The notes beneath the pieces are model-generated. The model was not told where the DNA came from, did not search any database, and worked only from the letters and a program-made list of their open reading frames with translations. The translations under genes were made by a program, and so were the position numbers. Shown in pieces: positions 25,750 through 33,243 of a DNA stretch of 64,000 bases. Positions within the stretch are counted from its first letter, which is position 1. Each line of letters starts with the position of its first letter. Source of the stretch: Candidatus Aegiribacteria sp. MLS_C (GTDB lineage Bacteria > Fermentibacterota > Fermentibacteria > Fermentibacterales > JCC-6); contig LQBI01000031.1 of NCBI GenBank assembly GCA_002030045.1, positions 94,854 to 158,853 of the forward strand, in the 5' to 3' direction.

Positions 25750-28575
25750 ATGCTGCTGGAGTACCTGCCTGAAGATGCCGGCTCCGTGCCGGCGCCGGCC
25801 GGGGACACTTCCACCGGGACGGTAATCCTCAGGGGCAGCGGGTGCAGGGTGGTCTTCTCGTCTGCGGATGACGGGGACGATGTGATCATAGAGAGGGACG
25901 ACGGCACACGGCACAGGGTGGATCTCCCCTCCAGGCTTCCGTACAGGCACTTGTCGGACATCAGTCCCTCTGGATATCTCCTTGTCGTGGTGTCCCGCAC
26001 CAGGGCCAGGGCGGTGGAGCTTCCATCAGGAAGGACCAGGATCATCCTGGAGGGTCCCTGGATGACCGGTACGGCCTGCCTGGCCGAGGGGTTCGTTGCC
26101 GTACTCACACGGGAAGGCAGATTCACCCTCGACATGAGGGATCCCGACGTGGCAGCGCTATCCAGCCTGCGGGGGGTGGATCCGTCCTCGGGCACGGTTA
26201 CCTTTGGATGCTCGGCGATGATCCACCTGCTGGACGCGAATGGTCCCGGAAGGCTGGTGCACAGCTTCGAGTGCCGGGCGGACCACATCTCCTCCGTCCT
26301 CGAGGGAAGGGTGGCGGTCCTGAGGAGGTCGCCTCCCGATGCGGATTCCTGGGGAACGCTGTTCCTGGGGTTCGCCGAAGGTTTGTTCTCGGTCCTGGGC
26401 AAGCACCCGGAAGACCTGGGCCGTATCCTCGAGGCGGGCGGTCTGGTCCGCGGCGAGAAAGGTGTCGGGGTAAGAGGCCTGAGGAAGGCCCTGGAAACCA
26501 TGGAGCCCTTCAGGATAAGGAAGATAGTGGAGGGGATGGGGCCGGATCCGGCAGCGGACCCGCCTCCGGTGGAGATAGTATCAAGGAAGGGCAGGATCAG
26601 GCTGGCACTGACCCGCGGGGAGGAGTCAGCGGTGCCGCTTCCGGAAGGGGCAAGGGAAGCCCTGGGTCTGGGTGTAGACGACTGGATAGCCGACTCCTCC
26701 CCGACGGGCACATTCCCGGTGATGAGATACCTCGACGGTATGTACAGGGTGTCCCTCGCATGCACGGTGGACGGCGGCGTGGCGGAGATCAGGCCGGACA
26801 GGGAACTGTCCTGCCATACCATGTGCTACGGGTTCTCTCCCGACGGGAACCGGGTGCTGCTATCCATGTACGGAGGCAGCTACCTGGTGGACACCCGAAC
26901 CGGCGTAGTGGAGGTGGCGGCTCCCCAGTTCAGGGAGCCACTTGCCGCGGAGATACTGGACGATGATTCCTTCGCCGTACTCAGCAGGCTGGAGGCCGAC
27001 TGCAGCCAGCTGGACATCTGGATGAGGCGGGAAGACTGCTTCCGACCCGTTTCATCGCTGTCCGCGGGACTTCTGGACATGCTGTTCCACCTCCACGGCA
27101 CGGGTTTGATAATGCTCACCTTCAGGCACATGCCCCCGGAGGACTCGGTAACCGTGGTCCTCCGCATCGACCCTGAGCGGGGGTCTGTTCCGGTGGACCT
27201 GCTGGATCTCAGGACAGGGGAAGCATGGAGCAACGGAGGCCGCTGCTTCCTGACGGGCGCCGACGGATCCCGCTACGAGATGTTCCTCCTGGGGGAGGGG
27301 GAAGAGCGTCCACCCCTCTCGCTCTCCTTCATCCGGCGGCAGGAAGAGCGGCCCTCCTCGGTGATGGTCTTCCGCTCCGGGGAGGACGGGCACAGGTACG
27401 GCTACATCGACTGCGAGGGCCGATGGGTCATGGAGCCCAGGTTCCTGGAAGCCGCCGGTTTCGCCGGCGGTCTGGCCGCAGCCGCCATGCCCCCCCACGG
27501 GTTCAGGGGCCTGGTCGATGCCTCCGGAAGGACGGTCATGCCCTTCCACTCCTCCTGGGTGGGAGAGCCCGCGGAAGGGTACAGGAGGGTGGCCATGGGC
27601 GGATACCCATCCTCAGGCGAACCGGCGGACTCACTCTTCGGCGTCTTCGGTCCCGTGGAGGGCTGGGTGCTGGAACCCGTTTACCCTGCTGCGGGGGAAT
27701 TCAGACAGGGCAGGATTAGGGTCCGCTACATGGACGGTGACGAGAACTGGGCCCGTGCCGACGGCACAAGGCTGACCGGTGAAAGCTACTCGGAATGCGG
27801 CGATTTCTCCGAGGGCCTGGCCAGGTTCCGGAAAGGAGGCAGGTGCGGTTTTGCTGACCTGGAGGGCCGGATGGTGATACCTCCCAGGTTCGAGGAGGCG
27901 ATGGACTTCAGCTGCGGCCTTGCCGGCGTGAGGCTGCAGGGACCCCTGTGGAGGTGTGTGGACACCGGGGGGAGCGTTGTTGTCACCAGGGGTTACGACG
28001 AGTTCTTCCCCCACTCGGAAGGGGTGGCCTGCGTCCGAACGGGCAATTGCTGGGGATACGTCGATACGCGGGGGGAAGAACCCTTCGGAATGTGCTTCCA
28101 GAGGACCTTCAACTTTGCCGGAGGAATGGGAGTGGCGGTCATGGAGGGAAGATGGCACTTCCTGACGGTCTCGGGCGTGATCACTCCGGGATGGGATGCC
28201 GCATACGCTCCTTTCGAAGGGATCGGCGTTTACAGGCAGGACGGTCTCTTCGGCTACGCGGACCGCAGCGGCGAGGTTGTGACGGGTCCCGTCTACACTG
28301 CGGCCCGGAACTTCAATCAGGGGCTGGCCGCCGTGATGTCAGGCGGCAGATGGGGCTACATCGACCGGCACGGCCAGTGGGCCGTGGAACCGCGATTCTC
28401 CGGAGCCGGGGATTTCTCCGAGGGACTGGCGCCGGTGACGGAGACGGCCGGGGGACCATGGGGCTATATAGACCGCGAGGGGCAGATGAGGATACACCCG
28501 TACTTCTCGGAGGCCGGCTCCTTCGGCGGCGGACTTGCGGCGGCGGCTGCTTCCCTGAAAGGTGATGACCGTTGA
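25750..28575 (+). CDS. large cytoplasmic protein with C-terminal WG-containing (KWG-like) repeats, function unknown
   Basis: 941 aa, no signal peptide. The C-terminal half carries multiple WGYID/WGFAD…G.….P.F…GLA repeats (e.g. RWGYIDRHGQWAVEPRFSGAGDFSEGLAPV). Confidence 0.6.
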   Translation: MLLEYLPEDAGSVPAPAGDTSTGTVILRGSGCRVVFSSADDGDDVIIERDDGTRHRVDLPSRLPYRHLSDISPSGYLLVVVSRTRARAVELPSGRTRIILEGPWMTGTACLAEGFVAVLTREGRFTLDMRDPDVAALSSLRGVDPSSGTVTFGCSAMIHLLDANGPGRLVHSFECRADHISSVLEGRVAVLRRSPPDADSWGTLFLGFAEGLFSVLGKHPEDLGRILEAGGLVRGEKGVGVRGLRKALETMEPFRIRKIVEGMGPDPAADPPPVEIVSRKGRIRLALTRGEESAVPLPEGAREALGLGVDDWIADSSPTGTFPVMRYLDGMYRVSLACTVDGGVAEIRPDRELSCHTMCYGFSPDGNRVLLSMYGGSYLVDTRTGVVEVAAPQFREPLAAEILDDDSFAVLSRLEADCSQLDIWMRREDCFRPVSSLSAGLLDMLFHLHGTGLIMLTFRHMPPEDSVTVVLRIDPERGSVPVDLLDLRTGEAWSNGGRCFLTGADGSRYEMFLLGEGEERPPLSLSFIRRQEERPSSVMVFRSGEDGHRYGYIDCEGRWVMEPRFLEAAGFAGGLAAAAMPPHGFRGLVDASGRTVMPFHSSWVGEPAEGYRRVAMGGYPSSGEPADSLFGVFGPVEGWVLEPVYPAAGEFRQGRIRVRYMDGDENWARADGTRLTGESYSECGDFSEGLARFRKGGRCGFADLEGRMVIPPRFEEAMDFSCGLAGVRLQGPLWRCVDTGGSVVVTRGYDEFFPHSEGVACVRTGNCWGYVDTRGEEPFGMCFQRTFNFAGGMGVAVMEGRWHFLTVSGVITPGWDAAYAPFEGIGVYRQDGLFGYADRSGEVVTGPVYTAARNFNQGLAAVMSGGRWGYIDRHGQWAVEPRFSGAGDFSEGLAPVTETAGGPWGYIDREGQMRIHPYFSEAGSFGGGLAAAAASLKGDDR

Positions 28576-28577
28576 GA

Positions 28578-28991
28578 ATGACTGTTCTGACGTGCGCCAT
28601 GCTGACGGCAGCCGCCCTGGCCGGGGTGGCGGCGGGTTCCGTCCATCCGGCAGATGCCCTGGAGATACACGGACTACTGCTGGAGCACACGGGCGAGGAT
28701 CCTCTCGTGACGCTGGCCGGACCGGACTCCGCCATAGTCCTGTTCGTCGTCATGGGAGGGGAATGGATGGATGACGGTGTCCAGTGGGGGCAGCTGCTGA
28801 CAGCAGCATCGGTCGCGGTCCGCATGGACACCGGGAGGGAATGGCGGCTGAGGGACGTAGCGGTCTCCTTTGGGGACGCGTGGTGCAGGATGTCCTCAGA
28901 GCACGCCGGGTCAATCGCCTCGGCGGGACCCGACGCAGCGCTCCGTCCGGAAGTCTGCCGCTCCCTGGTCGAGGTCAGGATACTGGAATAG
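28578..28991 (+). CDS. small secreted hypothetical protein
   Basis: Start overlaps the previous stop (TTG 28572 / ATG 28578). Signal-like N-terminus MTVLTCAMLTAAALAGVAAGS. Confidence 0.45.
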   Translation: MTVLTCAMLTAAALAGVAAGSVHPADALEIHGLLLEHTGEDPLVTLAGPDSAIVLFVVMGGEWMDDGVQWGQLLTAASVAVRMDTGREWRLRDVAVSFGDAWCRMSSEHAGSIASAGPDAALRPEVCRSLVEVRILE

Positions 28992-29002
28992 CCGGGAGCG
29001 CT

Positions 29003-30064
29003 CTACCTCGTGGTTTCGTCGAGGGCACCGGTGAACTTGTCCAGCTGTTCCAGGAAGAAGGCGTTCCCCGGGTCCAGCTCCAGCGCCTTTGTTTCCCATT
29101 CAACCGCCGTGGCCGGATCGCCCGATGCGTAGTAGGACTCCGCGACCGTGTCCATGATGTTCGGATCCTCAGGAGCCAGCTCGCTTGCCATAAGTGCTAT
29201 CTCAACCGCCCGTTCAGGATGGAGCTTCCTGATGGCCAGCTCCCACGCGAGACCGTTGAGGTCCTGGGCGTCCGGCTCTCCGGAGGCCAGGTAGTCCTCC
29301 ATGATGTCAAGGGCGTAATCAGCCTCCGGGTATCCCGCGTCTATGTACACCGGGAACACGAACCACATGCACCACTTGGAGTATATCCTCCCCAGGTCGC
29401 CGATGGGGTCCCGGGCGTCGGCGACCCTTATGTCAACGAGCAGGTCGCTGCTTCCCTGGTAGCCGCCGTCCCGGCGGTAGACCACCAGGGCCGCAGACTG
29501 CCTTCCCCTGCTGTCGCCGCCGGCCGCATCGCCCGCCGCCAGGGCCGCAAGGAGCCTGTCCCCCAGCGGTCCCTGATCGCTCAGGAAGGCGTCCTCCATC
29601 TCCTGCACAACTTCGGGGCCGGTCAGGATGTTGCCCTGTATGGCGTAGCCGGGACCGGTAACGCTCCCGGCCCAGTCGATGGTACCGCTTCCGGTGAAGG
29701 AGGCGGAGCCGCCCCTTGCATCGACTATCCCCAGCTGCCTCACAGAGCTGTCCGGATCCGAGGAGATCAGGCTGTCCAGGGTCTCCTGTGCGGAGGTACC
29801 GGTCATGAGCAGCCCGACTCCCAGAGGTCCGAACATCGCATTGGTCTGCGCCTGGGTGGCGACGGCACCCGCCCCGGGTTCTCCCCAGGGTACTATGTAG
29901 CCCACGTCCAGCACCTTCGACGCCACTCCCACTCCCAGCTCACCGGTAAGGGTGTCGATGGCCACGATGGAGAAGGTGGAAGTGTAGATCTCCCCGGGAA
30001 AGCCTTCGCACGCCGGCGGGAAGGCCAGCACCAGAACAGGCAGAAAATGGATCATCGGGAACAC
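29003..30064 (-). CDS. DUF1028 (Ntn-hydrolase-like) domain protein fused to TPR repeats, secreted
   Basis: Signal peptide. TFSIVAIDTLTGELGVGVASKVLDVGYIVPWGEPGAGAVATQAQTN matches the DUF1028 N-terminus; the C-terminus has TPR-like helical repeats. Confidence 0.7.
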   Translation of the reverse strand: MFPMIHFLPVLVLAFPPACEGFPGEIYTSTFSIVAIDTLTGELGVGVASKVLDVGYIVPWGEPGAGAVATQAQTNAMFGPLGVGLLMTGTSAQETLDSLISSDPDSSVRQLGIVDARGGSASFTGSGTIDWAGSVTGPGYAIQGNILTGPEVVQEMEDAFLSDQGPLGDRLLAALAAGDAAGGDSRGRQSAALVVYRRDGGYQGSSDLLVDIRVADARDPIGDLGRIYSKWCMWFVFPVYIDAGYPEADYALDIMEDYLASGEPDAQDLNGLAWELAIRKLHPERAVEIALMASELAPEDPNIMDTVAESYYASGDPATAVEWETKALELDPGNAFFLEQLDKFTGALDETTR

Positions 30065-30423
30065 GCTCCCTTCAAAGTCCTGCCACGGCCAGCCTCCCGG
30101 CCATCCTCCGGCTGAGCAGCACCATCAGGACGGCAAGAAGAGGGGAGACCGTCATGGAAATGCCAAGCTGGAGTATTATAATGACGAACCATTCCTTATC
30201 CAGATTGACCTCTGGAACCCCGTCATTCCACAGTCTCAACCGCAATTCCGGCTACGGGAAATGAATACATCGAACCGAAGCTTGTGTCCGAGGTGAGCCG
30301 ATGAACAATCCCCGAAACAGGGACCTGGTATTTCGGAATGCTATTCTTCGGCCCGACCGAAGGGAGGGACTGCCTGATCGGATCTGAACAGGGGGTCAGT
30401 GTCGTGCCCCGGGGTTCGGATCG

Positions 30424-30798
30424 TCAGCAGCCTCCGCATTTCACGGCCATTATGACCACAACCGCAACCACCCCCAGGACGAGGAGCCAGAGTATTCCCA
30501 TGAAGGAGCCGCAGCATCCGCAGCCGGTGCTGTTGATTGCCTGCTGGATACCCTGCTGACCTTCCTCGGAAGGGGATCCCTCGAAAACACCGTCCTCCGA
30601 ATCCCTCAGCTTGGGACCCGGATCATGGGAGGGTTTGGAGAAGAGACCCGACTTGCCGCCGGGCCTCCTCTTCGATCCGCCCACCGAGAAGAAGGGTTTC
30701 TTGCTGCTCCGACCGGTACCGGAGGAACCGGATTTGAAACCGGAGAAGGAGAAACCCTTGCTGGAGCCCTTCGACGATCCCGACCTTGTCTTCTTCAA
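30424..30798 (-). CDS. small Gly/Ser/Lys-rich protein with C-terminal transmembrane helix and Cys-rich tail (hypothetical)
   Basis: 124-aa ORF; C-terminus …NSTGCGCCGSFMGILWLLVLGVVAVVVIMAVKCGGC. A 206-aa ORF (30611-31231) overlaps on the opposite strand, so the coding assignment is uncertain. Confidence 0.35.
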   Translation of the reverse strand: MKKTRSGSSKGSSKGFSFSGFKSGSSGTGRSSKKPFFSVGGSKRRPGGKSGLFSKPSHDPGPKLRDSEDGVFEGSPSEEGQQGIQQAINSTGCGCCGSFMGILWLLVLGVVAVVVIMAVKCGGC

Positions 30799-31239
30799 TC
30801 CTGGACCTCCATCGTTAGCTTCGGCATCAGAATGGATACTAGACTTGACCCTTTTGGGTCCAGACCGGGAACTAATCCTGTCCCCGTGCGATATTCCAGT
30901 TGCAGACCCGATGGATCGAAATCCTTCAGGACCAGAACCCGGTCTGCAGAACGGCTGGCGGGCCGTTAACCCAATGGCAACTCGCCATGAGGGTCGGGGC
31001 GGTTTCGGTGCAACCCCGGAATTCCCCTCCCCGCCCGGACCATTACGGTCCGCCGGCCATGATCATCTTCAACACACGGTACATATACGGGAACAAATTC
31101 CCTTGACCGGAGTTAGATATATGACGCGAGAAACCTCACCGGGGAAGGGTCCGGAAAACTGGAAGCGGTTGGAAGAACTCTCCTCCTCTCGAGAGCTGAC
31201 TGGTACGGCGGAACGGGTCCATCTCCGGTGAGGTCATCA

Positions 31240-31283
31240 TCACCGCCCCGGGACACCTCCACTCCGGGGCGGTCCTTCTTTAT
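31240..31283 (+). terminator. plus-strand intrinsic terminator with no annotated upstream plus-strand gene
   Basis: Stem cgccccgg / ccggggcg with a 12-nt loop, then gtccttctttatt. Confidence 0.4.
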
Positions 31284-31285
31284 TA

Positions 31286-32158
31286 CTACCTGTTGACCAG
31301 GACGCAGTCCTCAAGGCCGACAAGTCCGAAGGACTCGCCGGCGATTGTTCCCCTGATCCTGACACCGTCCCTCGACGCCACCATGGCCGAATCGCTCGTT
31401 TCCGGGATCGCCCCCGTCATCTCGCAGGCCACGTACTTGGTGTAGATGTCACCGGACCCGGCAAGGTCCACCCTGACCGTAACGCCGTAATCCGTTGTGG
31501 AAGTCGTGGTCGAGTGGTAGTAACCCTCCACCACGACCCGGCGGCCGATCCACGTGTTGAAGAGTTCGTGGAACTCAGCGACAGGGATAGGCGTCGTACC
31601 GTTGCAGGCATAGGGGCTCGTCGCGGTACCGGGAGCCGCCTCCTCCGCACCCTGGACAAGCGAGGCACCGGTGAGCATCAGGTCCCCAGTCCAGTAGTAG
31701 TCCACGGTGCCGCGTACCGTGAGCAGCCGGTCCCCGCCCACCGGAACTCCCTGGACGGAGTCGAAGGCGAACGTGGCCAGCTCCTGGTCGCCACCGGGAG
31801 TTCCCACAAGGGCTACCTCATCCTCGATCGTCATGCTGTCGCCGTAGAAGATGCCGGGATATCCCTGCAGCGTTACCTCGAGTCCGTCCCAGGCGAAAAA
31901 GGCCTCATAGAGGGCGGCTGCACCCACCGGCGTATCTGCCGTTACCTCGGCCGGATCAAGCTTGCCCTCGGGGTAGAGGGGTTCAGGGGCAGCAGGTTCC
32001 TGTCCGGTATCCTGCTCCTGCATCGAAGCGGTCTCCGTGCTGTCCGGAGCCTCGAGTACTCCGGTGTCTCCGGAAGAATCCCCGTCGTCCTCAGGACCTC
32101 CTCCGCACGCCGGGACCATGAGCACCAGAAAAGCCATCGCAACCGCAGTTCTCTTCAT
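31286..32158 (-). CDS. lipoprotein with internally duplicated domain, unknown function
   Basis: Signal peptide plus lipobox (LVLMVPACGGG). Two similar halves (…LYEAFFAWDGLEVTLQGY… and …FHELFNTWIGRRVVVEGY…). Confidence 0.55.
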   Translation of the reverse strand: MKRTAVAMAFLVLMVPACGGGPEDDGDSSGDTGVLEAPDSTETASMQEQDTGQEPAAPEPLYPEGKLDPAEVTADTPVGAAALYEAFFAWDGLEVTLQGYPGIFYGDSMTIEDEVALVGTPGGDQELATFAFDSVQGVPVGGDRLLTVRGTVDYYWTGDLMLTGASLVQGAEEAAPGTATSPYACNGTTPIPVAEFHELFNTWIGRRVVVEGYYHSTTTSTTDYGVTVRVDLAGSGDIYTKYVACEMTGAIPETSDSAMVASRDGVRIRGTIAGESFGLVGLEDCVLVNR

Positions 32159-32759
32159 TTCTTTCCTTCCTGATCTGCTGAGTTTTGCAGGAGGATTCTA
32201 AGTCCGCCGTGACCGGGCTGCAAGCTGCCCGGCGGAAGAATGCTTGACCCTGAATTCGGGGCTCCGTATCCTATTCCGTGTGAGCGGGGAAGGAAGAGGT
32301 CGGGTGCGGGTACGGCACGGTTCTGGCGAGGGAAAGTGCGGAGGATGCGAAGGGGTACCAGTTCCGAAGGGAGTCATTCCTTCCGGCACCCTTTCCTGCC
32401 CGGTGTAACGGTGCCGTGTCTACAGATACCTCTTCGTAAGGGACGAGCCCCCGGGCAGGTGTCCCGTATGCGGCGCATCCAGCGACAGGTTCGAGGAATT
32501 CACCAGTGAGTGACGGGCGGTGGGGAATGTTGTACCTGAACGCGGCCGCATTGCTGCTGGCGGTTTCCGGGGTCTTCGGCGTCAGCAGGGTCAGGGGCGG
32601 AGGTCCGTTACGTTTCCGGATCGCGGAAAGGATACTGGACTAGGCAACACTGGGCGGTCTGAACATGGAGCAGGTGACCGGGCTGCTGGCCAGGCTGAGC
32701 CTGCAGGATGCCCCGGAGCCTTTAATGGATGCCATGGGTTTGAAGTGAGGGAGGTTCGA

Positions 32760-33185
32760 ATGGGATCGGAATCGCGGATCGAAGGCATTCTGGTGCCGGC
32801 GCTGACCGCAGTCCTGTTCCTGTCGGGTTGCGGCGGGGGGGAAGGCTCTTCCGAATCAGCTGAAGTAATACTTGAGGAGAGCGGCACGATAGAGGAGCGG
32901 GATACCCCCGACCCTAACCACGGCGGTCTTGCCTACGACGGCTACACCTTCGAGGCCGGGCAGCTCGACAGGATAACCGTGAGCGTCCGGGCGGAAGGTT
33001 TCGCTCCCCTGGTCAAGCTCTACGAGGTATCGACCGGCGCGCATCTGGCGGAATGGGACTCCCGGTACTCCCAGGAGCCCTCGCTTGCCTACACGATTGC
33101 CTCGAGGGGCTCCTACGAGGTAAGGATATACTCTCCAGACGGCGTTGACGGCGAGTACTCCCTGGAGGTTACCCGCTCCCGCTGA
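32760..33185 (+). CDS. small lipoprotein with pre-peptidase C-terminal (PPC)-like domain
   Basis: GAGGGAGG RBS, then ATG 32760. Lipobox LFLSGCGGG. DGYTFEAGQLDRITVSVRAEGFAPLVKLYEV…GSYEVRIYSPDGVDGEYSL resembles a PPC beta-sandwich. Confidence 0.55.
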   Translation: MGSESRIEGILVPALTAVLFLSGCGGGEGSSESAEVILEESGTIEERDTPDPNHGGLAYDGYTFEAGQLDRITVSVRAEGFAPLVKLYEVSTGAHLAEWDSRYSQEPSLAYTIASRGSYEVRIYSPDGVDGEYSLEVTRSR

Positions 33186-33202
33186 GGACCATTACGGAAA
33201 AG

Positions 33203-33228
33203 GGCGGAGCCGGAGCTCCGCCCTCTCC
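33203..33228. terminator. bidirectional intrinsic terminator between convergent genes
   Basis: gggcggagc-cgga-gctccgccc hairpin, flanked by aaaa on the left (a U-tract for the minus-strand C25 peptidase transcript) and a weak tract on the right. Confidence 0.5.
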
Positions 33229-33243
33229 CATTGACTGAAAGCA

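Noticed and set aside
30611-31231. 206-aa plus-strand ORF (Pro/Gly-rich)
   Set aside because: Composition typical of an out-of-frame reading of GC-rich DNA. It overlaps antisense the small tail-anchored gene and has no recognisable motif. It is kept only as a possible transcript region in the findings.
32748-32765. tRNA-like GGTTCGAATGG T-loop-looking string
   Set aside because: It is the GAGGGAGG RBS plus ATG of the 32760 gene. No acceptor or anticodon arms can be built around it, and no convincing tRNA was found anywhere in the window.
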